DNA of 64,000 nucleotides, taken from positions 9,349 through 73,348 of the forward strand of contig CANIAP010000001.1 in the NCBI GenBank assembly GCA_947465765.1, in the 5' to 3' direction. The notes below the pieces were generated by a model, which searched no databases, was not told the origin of the DNA, and saw only the letters and a program-made list of their open reading frames with translations. A program made the position numbers and the translations under genes. This stretch comes from a bacterium (lineage in GTDB: Bacteria; Margulisbacteria; Marinamargulisbacteria; SXXA01). Positions 10,032 to 20,100 of the stretch are shown piece by piece. The number at the start of each line of letters is the position of its first letter. The stretch's first letter is position 1.

Positions 10032-11063
10032 TTACTCCTCTCGGTCGGCGTTAGGCAGCGGTGCTACCGCAACCTGAGCACGAATTTGTTCGTCTAATTT
10101 TTTGACAGTTTCGGGGTGTTGTTTTAAGAATTGTTTAGCGGATTCACGACCTTGCCCCATACGTTCGCCGTTGACGGAGAACCATGTACCACTTTTTTCG
10201 ATAAAGTTCATATTGACTGCAAGGTCCAATAGGTCGGCTTCCCGTGAGAAGCCTTTGCCAAATTCAATTTCCAACTCAGTATATTTAAAGGGTGGAGCCA
10301 CTTTGTTTTTAACAATTTTGACTTTGACCTTATTCCCTGTGATATCGACTCCTGATTTGATGGAATCCACTTTCCGGATATCAATTCGAACACTTGCGTA
10401 AAATTTGAGGGCGCGGCCACCGGGAGTAACTTCAGGATTTCCAAACATTACGCCTATTTTGTCGCGAATTTGGTTGACGAATATAACAATCGTATTTGAT
10501 TTGCTAACGATCCCAGTGAGCTTTCGAAGCGCTTGGGACATCAGTCGGGCTTGCATTCCCATCTGTGGGTCGCCCATATCCCCTTCGATTTCTGATTTCG
10601 GTACAAGTGCTGCGACAGAGTCAATAACGATAAGGTCAATAGCCCCCGAGCGGACTAATGTTTCTGCAATTTCTAAGGCTTGTTCACCGTAATCTGGTTG
10701 AGAGATGAATAGGCTGTCTAAATTGACGCCCAGTTGTTCCGCGTATGTTGGATTTAGTGCGTGCTCTGTATCAATAAATGCGCAGACTCCCCCTAGTTTT
10801 TGGGCTTCGGCTACGGCATGAAGGGTGAGCGTGGTTTTTCCGGCGGACTCGGGGCCAAATACCTCGATAATCCGACCGCGTGGGTAGCCGCCGCATCCCA
10901 GGGCTAAGTCCAGCGACAATGCGCCGGATGAAATGGTGGACAGGGCCAATTTAGGGGAGTCCCCTAATTTCATAATGGCACCTTTGCCGTGTGCTTTTTC
11001 AATTTGAGCAATGGCAAAACTAAGGGCTTTTGTTTTATTTTCGTCCATATTAATAACCTCCAA
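10032..11063 (-). CDS. recA: Recombinase A
   Basis: [34 protein letters not shown] and [12 protein letters not shown]. The start may be at the second Met. Confidence 0.98.
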   Translation of the reverse strand: MEVINMDENKTKALSFAIAQIEKAHGKGAIMKLGDSPKLALSTISSGALSLDLALGCGGYPRGRIIEVFGPESAGKTTLTLHAVAEAQKLGGVCAFIDTEHALNPTYAEQLGVNLDSLFISQPDYGEQALEIAETLVRSGAIDLIVIDSVAALVPKSEIEGDMGDPQMGMQARLMSQALRKLTGIVSKSNTIVIFVNQIRDKIGVMFGNPEVTPGGRALKFYASVRIDIRKVDSIKSGVDITGNKVKVKIVKNKVAPPFKYTELEIEFGKGFSREADLLDLAVNMNFIEKSGTWFSVNGERMGQGRESAKQFLKQHPETVKKLDEQIRAQVAVAPLPNADREE

Positions 11064-11114
11064 GAACAGAAGATGGTCCAGTCGTAGTGCGGGGGATAGT
11101 GTTTAATTCTCTAT

Positions 11115-11669
11115 CTACGACGGGAGTAGGGCTGCAGCGGGTTGTTGCGTTAACCAATTTCTGAGGTAACCTAGTGCTGCATACACAGTTTGGGTTCGGA
11201 TTTGGGTTCGATTTCCAGAAAATTGAAATCGTTTAACCTTTATATCTCCACAGAATAGAAAACCAATAAATACGGTACCGACATCCACCTTCGAAATATC
11301 GTCTCCATTGGGACCGGCGATACCTGTGGTAGATAGAGCAATACGACTTCCGGTGAGCTGAGAGACGCCCTCTGCCATCTCTCTTGCGACGGCTTCGCTA
11401 ACGATGCCGTGTTCCCGAATTGTCGCAGGTTTTACAGAACATAACTTAACTTTCAACAGTGGGGAATAACAGATTACTCCCCCAATAAAATAGCTTGAAC
11501 TTCCAGGTAATTGGCTCAATCGGGAACCAATTAATCCCCCCGTTAACGATTCCGCAACGGATACCGTCAATTGGGTTTGGCGAAGGAGACGGGCCACGTC
11601 CGAAATTACTCGCCGGTCCAGGTCAAGACTTGCGTCGTCTAGCGCCTGTTGGAATTGTAAAGCGGACAC
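11115..11669 (-). CDS. CinA C-terminal domain / NMN deamidase (PncC-like)
   Basis: AESLTGG and STTGIAGP motifs. Upstream of recA. Confidence 0.88.
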   Translation of the reverse strand: MSALQFQQALDDASLDLDRRVISDVARLLRQTQLTVSVAESLTGGLIGSRLSQLPGSSSYFIGGVICYSPLLKVKLCSVKPATIREHGIVSEAVAREMAEGVSQLTGSRIALSTTGIAGPNGDDISKVDVGTVFIGFLFCGDIKVKRFQFSGNRTQIRTQTVYAALGYLRNWLTQQPAAALLPS

Positions 11670-11683
11670 AGCCCTAATCTACA

Positions 11684-12868
11684 CTATTTTGCTGATGCTG
11701 TACCAGTGATTTCTTTGCTCGCTCTCGCTAAGGTTTCTGCCATGTTGATTTTTTCCCATGGTAAATCCAAGTCATTTCGTCCGAAGTGGCCGTATGCTGC
11801 GGTATTTTTGTAAATCGGACGTTGGAGGTCCAGTTTTTTGACGATACCAGAAGGGGTAAGATCAAAGTGATCGCGGATCAGCCTAACAATTTGTTCTTCG
11901 GGGATCTGAGATGTCCCTCGGGTTTTTGCCAATACCGAAATGGGAGTGGCGACTCCGATTGCATATGCTAACTGAATTTCGACATCCTCGGCGATTCCTG
12001 ACGCGACGATATTTTTTGCGATATATCTGGCCATATACGCGCCGGATCGGTCTACCTTGGTATAGTCTTTTCCGGAGAATGCGCCGCCGCCATGTGAGGC
12101 CCAGCCGCCGTAGGTATCCACGATAATTTTGCGTCCTGTGAGCCCGGTATCACCGTGGGGACCTCCGATTACAAATCGGCCAGTGGGGTTAATGAAGTAT
12201 CGGGTATTGCTGTCCAATAGATGGCTTGGAATCTCAGCACGAATGACATGTTCATGAACATCTCGTGTGATTTGCTCTAGGGAAACATCGGGGTCATGTT
12301 GAGTAGAAATAACCACTGCATCCACCCGTTTTGGGACGCGCCCTTCGAATTCCACGGTGACCTGGGCTTTCGCGTCGGGTCGAAGGTAGGTGAGTCCAGA
12401 GGTTTTTCTGAGGATTGCCAACCGGTGAACTAATTTGTGTGACAGATAAATCGGCAGGGGCATGTAGTCGGTTGTTTGTTTACACGCGTATCCAAACATC
12501 ATCCCTTGGTCTCCCGCGCCGAGTTCTTTGTGAAGGCCTTCACCTTCGTTGACGCCTTGTGCAATGTCGGGGGATTGACCATGGACGGTGGTGAGGACTG
12601 CGCAGCTATCGGCGTCGAGTCCATATTCTGGATGGGTGTAACCGATGTCTCTTGCGGTGTCTCGGGCGATTTTTTGAAAATCAAGAGTCGCTTTGCTCGT
12701 AATTTCTCCGCCGATTAAGATAAGTCCGGTCGTTGTAAAAACCTCTGCGGCCACTCGGCTGTTGGGGTCAATCGTTAATGCGGCATCGAGAATCGCGTCA
12801 GAAATTTGGTCACAGATTTTGTCTGGATGTCCTTCGGATACGGATTCGGAACTAAAAAAATAGGTCAT
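11684..12868 (-). CDS. metK: S-adenosylmethionine synthetase
   Basis: [26 protein letters not shown] and AAYGHFGR. Confidence 0.98.
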   Translation of the reverse strand: MTYFFSSESVSEGHPDKICDQISDAILDAALTIDPNSRVAAEVFTTTGLILIGGEITSKATLDFQKIARDTARDIGYTHPEYGLDADSCAVLTTVHGQSPDIAQGVNEGEGLHKELGAGDQGMMFGYACKQTTDYMPLPIYLSHKLVHRLAILRKTSGLTYLRPDAKAQVTVEFEGRVPKRVDAVVISTQHDPDVSLEQITRDVHEHVIRAEIPSHLLDSNTRYFINPTGRFVIGGPHGDTGLTGRKIIVDTYGGWASHGGGAFSGKDYTKVDRSGAYMARYIAKNIVASGIAEDVEIQLAYAIGVATPISVLAKTRGTSQIPEEQIVRLIRDHFDLTPSGIVKKLDLQRPIYKNTAAYGHFGRNDLDLPWEKINMAETLARASKEITGTASAK

Positions 12869-12970
12869 CAGGATCTCCTTGATTGAATGGGTTTAGTGAT
12901 ATTAATGGGTCGAACGACTATAGCGTACTAATTGACTTCATTACGTGCAAATGCTCAATCCTGAATGGGT

Positions 12971-13903
12971 TTACCCTGATCCTTTGGCTTGAAGGGTCAG
13001 CTTTAACGCGAGTACGCCGTCTGATCCAGATACTGCGATAGGTGATCCGAACTGAATTGCGGATACAAATGAGGCGAGTTCTAACGTCAACGGCAGTATT
13101 GGCGTGATGGGTTGGCTATGTAGCTCGGGTTGAGATGGGTCAGTTGGAAAAAAATCGGCGGATTGTTTGATGAAATCGAGTTCTACAAGGCCGTTGTAAA
13201 AATAGGCGGTAAGACGTCGACGTTTGATTGGGGAATTCCATCCCACCGAAACTGCTGCAATGGCATTCTCATATTGCAATGCCAGAATGGCGGAATCTGC
13301 CCGATCTAAAAGGCGGGCGGATGTAAATGTCCCCGTTATTTTTTGGGGTGGAGTTCCAATAATTCCCGTCAAAATATCAAGGTCATGAACCGCTAAGTCG
13401 ATCATGACGTCAGCGTCCAGAATTTGGGTCGGCATGGGGCTTACTCGTTCAGTCGAAAGTGAAATGGGGGCCCCTAAAAGCCCGTCATTTTTCCATTGCA
13501 TCACTGTCGTGACGGCAGGGTTGAATCGTTCAATATGACCCACTTGTAGTATGCAGTTATTGCGGACAGCGATGTCGATTAACTGATTCCCTTCCTCGAT
13601 CGATGTCGCGATTGGTTTTTCGATGAGTACGTGAAGACCTCGATTTAGGCAGTGTTTTGCGTGATCAAAATGAAGGTGGGTCGGTGATGTAATAGAGACA
13701 GCGTCAACGATATCGGCATCGAGCATGGCTGCAATAGTTTCAAATCCCCGTAGGGTCGATGAGGTATATTGGGCAAGGCGATCGGCATGAATGTCAACGA
13801 CCGCCGTCAATTGCGCCCCATCAATTTCCTGCCAGTGTTTGACATGGTATTTTCCCATGTTTCCAAGTCCGATTACGCCGACTCGTAGTGGTGATATTGT
13901 CAT
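12971..13903 (-). CDS. Gfo/Idh/MocA family oxidoreductase
   Basis: GVIGLGNMG, HVLIEKP, VGHIERFNP and DLAVHD. Confidence 0.9.
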   Translation of the reverse strand: MTISPLRVGVIGLGNMGKYHVKHWQEIDGAQLTAVVDIHADRLAQYTSSTLRGFETIAAMLDADIVDAVSITSPTHLHFDHAKHCLNRGLHVLIEKPIATSIEEGNQLIDIAVRNNCILQVGHIERFNPAVTTVMQWKNDGLLGAPISLSTERVSPMPTQILDADVMIDLAVHDLDILTGIIGTPPQKITGTFTSARLLDRADSAILALQYENAIAAVSVGWNSPIKRRRLTAYFYNGLVELDFIKQSADFFPTDPSQPELHSQPITPILPLTLELASFVSAIQFGSPIAVSGSDGVLALKLTLQAKGSG

Positions 13904-13924
13904 TGTTAATTGATTGTACCGAAG

Positions 13925-14437
13925 CTAATTAATAGAGAATAGCTTGGAAAATCGGCCTTTCTCTTGTGGGTCAGCTAGAAATTCAGATAAAAATTGCCCT
14001 TCGATATTATTGGGGTCCATTTCAAGGAGCGAGGTGTATTCCTCCATTGCCTCGTCGTCTCGGCCTAACTTGAGGTAAACCCGTGCGAGGTTGAGATATG
14101 GGAAATGGCGCACGTCGTAATTTTTCGCCTCTTTGGCTTTGATTAGCCAGGGAATGGCGTCTTCTAATCGGCCCAATTCGATGAGATATGACCCGATATC
14201 GTTGTAGGCGTTTCCAAATTCACTATCTAATTCAACGGCACGCTTACAAAGAGAGATGCATTCTTCTAATTCATTTTTGTAGCTGAGCATCCATGCCCAG
14301 TAGGTATATCCTTCAGGGGTAGGAAATAGGTCGACCGATGCTTTGAACTTGTCGAGGGCTTCGGATGTTTTTCCGTCTACAACTAATGCCTGGCCCTCAT
14401 GAATGAGCTCGATGGCGCGTTGCTTGTCATCGCTCAT
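13925..14437 (-). CDS. Tetratricopeptide repeat protein
   Basis: Repeated TPR helices, e.g. AVELDSEFGNAYNDIGSYLIELG. Confidence 0.85.
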   Translation of the reverse strand: MSDDKQRAIELIHEGQALVVDGKTSEALDKFKASVDLFPTPEGYTYWAWMLSYKNELEECISLCKRAVELDSEFGNAYNDIGSYLIELGRLEDAIPWLIKAKEAKNYDVRHFPYLNLARVYLKLGRDDEAMEEYTSLLEMDPNNIEGQFLSEFLADPQEKGRFSKLFSIN

Positions 14438-15555
14438 TATCCATTTTCCATTGGTTTGAATGTCAGTCTTTCGGACAGATAATCTTGATAGATGCGATTC
14501 ACTATTCCGGCAACTGGAACCGCTATGAGTAGTCCAACGAGGCCTAGCATATTACCCCCAATGATCAATGCAATCAGTGTGAGGAGTGGGTCAAGGCCCA
14601 CGGTGTGTCCTACGATCTTGGGGGTCAAAATAAGGCTTTCGATCATTTGCGCCACGACAAATACGGCGATGACGCTTAAGATGTTGACGGCAGTTCCACC
14701 TGAGGTAATGACCGTAAATACGCCCATGGTCACCCCTGCCGCAAATCCCAAATAGGGGACCAGATTAAAAAATCCTGCGGCATATCCGATGAGTATCGGA
14801 TAGGGAATTCCTACTGACCATAGGCCTGCGGAATACAGTGTTCCCAGAGAAACACAAACCATAAGCTGGCCACGGATATAGCCGCCCATGACTCGGTCCG
14901 ATACGGATAGAAAATATGCGAACGAATTTTGGTATTGCGGCGGAATAATCCGACTGAGTTTCTTGGGGAGTAAGTGGATTTTTGCTAACCCGTAGTAGAA
15001 AAAGATAGGGAAAAGTGAAATGTTCGCCAGAGACAGTACGGTGGATGTGATTCGGCTTGCAAATACCCCGACGGACGAAGTGAGTGATCCAACCAATCCG
15101 TCCATGTAGTCTTTCCCCATATGTTGAAGGACCGGTAATAGATTGTACTTCCATACAATGCTACCCATCCCGTTTTTGGTGAGGAAGTTCATGAGTTGAT
15201 AATAAAATCGAATGAGATATCGAGGGCCATGTTCAGCGAAGTGGAATAGTTCCATTGCAATGTTGGGAAGTAGCGATACTGAGACGAGGATCAGAATCGA
15301 AATTGTACTGACGTAAACGATCCACACGGCCAGCCATCTCGGTAGTTTGCAACGGAGTAAGAGGCGGGTTATCGGGCTCAGGAGGTAGGCCAATCCAAAC
15401 CCAGTGAGGAGGGGGTAGAGCGCGTTGTCGATGGCGACCATGGACCCGATGATAATTCCCCACATAACAATGGGGACGGAGTATCGTGCAATAAACGGAA
15501 TGGTCCGGCTATTGGGCATTGGCGGTTCCCGTGGCATTAGTCGATGGTGGGTCAC
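14437..15555 (-). CDS. AI-2E family (PerM-like) transporter
   Basis: LAYLLSP, GYIRGQ, NLVPYLG, ESLILTPKIVG and GLVGLLIAVP. The true start is probably ATG 15519. Confidence 0.9.
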   Translation of the reverse strand: MTHHRLMPREPPMPNSRTIPFIARYSVPIVMWGIIIGSMVAIDNALYPLLTGFGLAYLLSPITRLLLRCKLPRWLAVWIVYVSTISILILVSVSLLPNIAMELFHFAEHGPRYLIRFYYQLMNFLTKNGMGSIVWKYNLLPVLQHMGKDYMDGLVGSLTSSVGVFASRITSTVLSLANISLFPIFFYYGLAKIHLLPKKLSRIIPPQYQNSFAYFLSVSDRVMGGYIRGQLMVCVSLGTLYSAGLWSVGIPYPILIGYAAGFFNLVPYLGFAAGVTMGVFTVITSGGTAVNILSVIAVFVVAQMIESLILTPKIVGHTVGLDPLLTLIALIIGGNMLGLVGLLIAVPVAGIVNRIYQDYLSERLTFKPMENG

Positions 15556-16813
15556 TCAAATAAGCGGCACGAGTATATTGATTTCGTGGGTCCCAGATTT
15601 GCCAACCGACCAATTTCGAATCGTAAGTGGCTTTGATCTGAGCGCGAACTTTTGCGGCATCGTAGGGTGCGCCGAGGTTGAAATCTTGAAGCCAAGGTCT
15701 TAATTTTTTTGGGTCCTGGCCCATTGCCGTGAGTCTTGCTGCTCCGTGTGTCATCGCGTAATGAACGATTTCATACGGATGCAACGCTGGGTTGGCGTAG
15801 CCATTAAACTGAGGGGGGTAATGAGACGGGTATACCATCGGGCAGATGTAATCAAAATAGGGGGCCGCGCTTTCGAGGTATTGTCCAATATTGAGGTCAT
15901 CCTGCGCGGTCATGGTCATGCCAAATAGATCCGCTGACAGGGGGATTCCCAGTGGTTTGAGGTGGCTATGTAAATAGGCAAAAAACTCGGTGATTATCGC
16001 TTCTTTGGCCGTTTTTATATGGACGAGAGTTCGGGATGAGGTTGGAATGGCTGAATTTGCAGATGGGGTGATTGAGGTGGCCAGTGTTCCTTGGGCCAGT
16101 CGGGGACCCGAGATAGGGAATACGGTGTCTTTCATGTTTCCGTCGGTGGGAAACCGAATGTAATCAAAGTTGAGTTCGTCAAATCCTGCGTAAGCCGCTG
16201 CGGTGCCCACTCTAACAATATAATCCCAGAACGCATGGGATCCAGGATCTACATAGCTCAATCCATTGCGGTCCTTCCATGTTAAACCGGCCCGTGTTTG
16301 AACGGCTTGGGCGGGGAACAGTTTGGCATAAACGGGATCCTGAAATACGGTAATTCTGGCGATAACGTAAATACCCTTTTGGTGGGCCACTTGGATGAAT
16401 TCTCTAAGGTCTTTGTTTCGAACTTCTTCGACGCCCATTTCGCGTAATTTGGGGTCGCCCGTCTCAAATGAAATCGAGCCCGAGTAGTCTTTGATATCAA
16501 TGACGAGTGCGTTGACCTCGGATTGATCGATAAACTCAAGTAGCCGTTGACGCCACGGTTTAACCGATGCGACCCAGCTGGTCATATAAATCGCCTTCAC
16601 CGCAGCAGGGGGCGTGATGTGGAGCGGTTGTTGAGGCTCGGTGACCGATGTGGCATTGGCGGTCACATTTTGTGCCGGTGTTTTCTGGTGACGGAGTGCG
16701 AGGGATACGGGTGAATGGATCACGAGAAACGAAATTCCGAGGACCCCTAAAAATAAAATTGGAGCGGTCACAATAATTAATCGGTAACGTTGGATAATGG
16801 TTTGCTTGGTCAT
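15509..16813 (-). CDS. Putative membrane-anchored glycoside hydrolase (DUF4015-like TIM barrel)
   Basis: N-terminal TM, then KAIYMT, VIDIKDYSG, ARITVFQDP, FDYIRFP, PMVYPSHY and RPWLQDF. Confidence 0.8.
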   Translation of the reverse strand: MTKQTIIQRYRLIIVTAPILFLGVLGISFLVIHSPVSLALRHQKTPAQNVTANATSVTEPQQPLHITPPAAVKAIYMTSWVASVKPWRQRLLEFIDQSEVNALVIDIKDYSGSISFETGDPKLREMGVEEVRNKDLREFIQVAHQKGIYVIARITVFQDPVYAKLFPAQAVQTRAGLTWKDRNGLSYVDPGSHAFWDYIVRVGTAAAYAGFDELNFDYIRFPTDGNMKDTVFPISGPRLAQGTLATSITPSANSAIPTSSRTLVHIKTAKEAIITEFFAYLHSHLKPLGIPLSADLFGMTMTAQDDLNIGQYLESAAPYFDYICPMVYPSHYPPQFNGYANPALHPYEIVHYAMTHGAARLTAMGQDPKKLRPWLQDFNLGAPYDAAKVRAQIKATYDSKLVGWQIWDPRNQYTRAAYLSDPPSTNATGTANAQ

Positions 16814-16894
16814 AACTGCCCTTTTCTACAATAAAGTGGGGCAATAATATAATATTTTGGCTTACTTTGCATTGGGCGGGGACAGATAGGTTTT

Positions 16895-17134
16895 AAATGG
16901 GGATCATCGGGGAAATCTATCACTTTATGATAGTGGCGTTTTAATCGGTGAAGAGGTGTAGGCATGGGACAAGAATTGCAAAAGTTTGATGGGGTCATTG
17001 TATTAGATGGAAAATTTTTTCTGCGTCCTTATTTAATTAAATCCAAAACAGAATTTGTTAACCAGACGCTACAAGGACTCTTTGAGTTCGTCAGTTTTAA
17101 TTAGGATCAGACAGATTTCCCCCGATCCCCATTT
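16895..17134. repeat. Imperfect inverted repeat pair bounding an AT-rich intergenic segment
   Basis: 16895-16918 (aaatggggatc-atc-ggggaaatct) matches the reverse complement of 17113-17134 (aaatggggatc-g-ggggaaatct). Confidence 0.55.
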
Positions 17135-17151
17135 TTGAAAGTGGGGATCGG
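17122..17151 (-). terminator. Stem-loop downstream of gdh (possible terminator or mRNA-stabilising hairpin)
   Basis: ccgatccccattt pairs with aaagtggggatcgg, 16 nt past the gdh stop. There is no U-tract on the minus strand. Confidence 0.5.
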
Positions 17152-17167
17152 CGAGGGGGCGAGGGGG

Positions 17168-20100
17168 TTACCCGTTCAAAAAGTTGAGCCGATTTACAGC
17201 GACGGTGAGCGTGGTTAGGTTGGTATTTCGTGAGCCTTTGAGTTCCGATAGGGTTTCGAAATATATCTTGAAGTCCAATTGATGAAGCTGTTGGAGTGCG
17301 TTGATGGCGTCATCAATTTGTGGTTTTTTCGTAGTATCTTTCCCTGTCACCTGGCGAATGATGGTAAATTTTTGCATTTTCACGGTTTGGAGCAAAATGC
17401 CCTTATGCGACAATTCCCACTGGGTTCGTGGGTCGAGATTTTGGATGGCATTTTCGACCCATTTTAATTCAAATTTGGATTCGATGGTGTCGATGAGGTC
17501 CACGATTTGGGCGATTCCCTTGATTCCGAATTTTAGCTGAAGAAATAATATGTCAGTAATACAATTTAACCCATCGAGGCTCACCAATTGTTTGGCCGCT
17601 GTTTCGGGGAGTCCCCGGTGTTTCCATCGGGCCACTGCGGCTTTATTGCTTGTGATTTTGGGGAGGATTTCGGCGACTAACTGACCAATTAATGGTGCCC
17701 ACTCGAATGAGGTGTCAAAATTGGGGAGCAATAGAAGAGACTGTGTCCATTCCGTAAGGTAATGCTCGATCTCGATGAGTGCCGTGTATTTATCCTGTTC
17801 CGGAATGGGTTCCTGGATTATCAACTGGCGGAGTTCGTGTGTTCCGAATGATGAGTCCAAAAGGTAATAGGCTTTGGCAATTTGGTCCACTGGTTTTCCG
17901 GTCATTTGCTCCATCTGGAAGAAAAATAGAATTCCGGCTTGATTGATAATTTTGTTGGTGAGAATCGTTCCCAATATGTTTCGTTGAAGACGATGCTTGG
18001 GTATTTTTTTGCCAATTTTGTTTCGAATAGTGACCGGAAAATAATGCTCATAAAATTCGATAAAATAGGGGTCGTCGAGGATGTTAGAATTCATCAGACG
18101 ATCGTAAATGTTCATTTTTGTGTAGGCTTGAATAACCGCTAAAACGGGACGAGGCAACGATGTTCCTGATGCCGCCATTTGTTCAAGATCCGATATCTCA
18201 GGAATTTGCTCAGTTTTGGCATCCAAAAAGCCGTTCGCAACGTAGTTCTGAATCAATTTGATAAAGATCCCCAATTGTTTCTTTGACCGGATACTGTCCA
18301 TGGACAATAGTCGATGTTGGCCTTGGTTGTTGGCAAGTACCAACTCTGACACCTCATTTGTGGCGGCCTCGAGTAGCTCGTTGCGGTCGTCCATTGAATT
18401 AAGTAAGTTTTCCTCGAGCATTTGTTTGAGAAGAATTTTGATGTTGACCTCGTAGTCAGACATGTTGACGCCGGCGGAGTTGTCGATTGCGTCCGTGTTG
18501 ATTCGTCCACCTGCCAATGCAAATTCAATTCGGGCGGGTTGTGTGACGCCGAGATTGGCCCCTTCGCCAATGACCGCTGCCCGGCAGTCGGTGATATCAA
18601 TCCGTACCGAATCATTGGTGGGATCGCCCACGGAAGATTGGGCTTGAGCACTGCCTTTAAAATAGGTTCCGATTCCGCCGAGCCACATCAAATCAACTTT
18701 GGCTTTAAGAATAAATCGGATCAATTCTTCGCCATTGATGACCGCTTCTTTAATGCCAAGTAATTCACGGATTTCGGGTGTGACAATGATTTCTTTGGCT
18801 TTCCGTTCAAAGACGCCGCCCCCTTGACTGATCGCGGAGGGGGAATAATCAGTCCATGCACTTCGGGGGAGATCAAATAGACGCTTGCGCTCGTCCCAAC
18901 TAATGAGGGCATTGGGGGAGGGATCAACGAAAATGTGAGCATGATTAAATGCGGCATGAAGTTTGATGGTTTTACTCAATAATAGGCCGTTTCCAAATAC
19001 ATCTCCGGACATATCTCCAATTCCAACTGCAGAAAAGGATTCTTTGTCGATATTTTTGCCCATTTCCATAAAATGAAGTTTGACGCATTCCCAACCCCCC
19101 CGAGCGGTGATGGCTTCTTTTTTGTGGTTGTATCCAATGCTTCCGCCGGAAGCGAACGCATCGCCCAGCCAAAATTCATATTTTTCCGATATTTCGTTGG
19201 CGATATCTGAAAATGACGCTGTGCCTTTGTCTGCGGCGACGACCAGATAGGGGTCGGTTTGATCGTACGCGATCACGTGATGCGGATGTTTGATGGACCC
19301 GTTCGTGTCGATATTGTCGGTGATATCCAATAATGCCGAAATGAATTTCCGATATTGAACGATAGACTCATTGGCGGCGTCTTCTTTTGACGCTAATGGA
19401 CGCTTGAGAACAAATCCGCCTTTTGAACCGACTGGGACGATCACCACGTTTTTAGTCTGTTGAGTTTTGACGAGGCCCAATACTTCTTTTCTAAAGTCAT
19501 CATGGCGGTCTGACCATCGTATTCCGCCCCGAGCGATGGGTCCAAATCGGAGGTGGGTCCCTTCCATGCCGACGTCGTGAACGTAGATTTCGCGATACGG
19601 TGTCGGGGCAGGCATGAATTTAACCTTTTTCGATTCAACTTTGATTGAGATAAACGTGTCTCGATTGTGCTTGGGGATATAAAAATTGGTTCGGATAGTC
19701 GCCTCAACAAGGTTAAATAAGTGGCGCAAAATAGTGTCGTCGGAGACTTCTTGTACTTGGGTCAACGTGTCATGAAATTCGTGGCTGGCCCGGGGGAGTA
19801 ATACTTCGATTCGATATTCTTGTTTGCCAAATTGGGGATCGACCGAAAATTTGGTCTCAAAGTAGCGAAATAGCGCCTTTGTGCTGGGTTTGTGGGCCAG
19901 TAAGACCGTATTTACTTTGTCTTTGCTATAGGAAGTTCCCAGCTGGAGGTAAAGGTTGCGATAGGTTTGGAGGATGTTAATGGCCCGCCATTCCAGTTCT
20001 GCACCTAAGGCAAGCGCATTGAGGCGGTCGTTTTCAGTTCGGCCTTCGAAAATTTCAGTAAGTAGACTGTTTAAAATCGATTTGAGGCGTTTCTCGTCAA

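Noticed and set aside
16810-16998. 62-aa ORF in the intergenic gap
   Set aside because: No SD, atypical composition, no recognisable motif, and it overlaps the inverted repeat.
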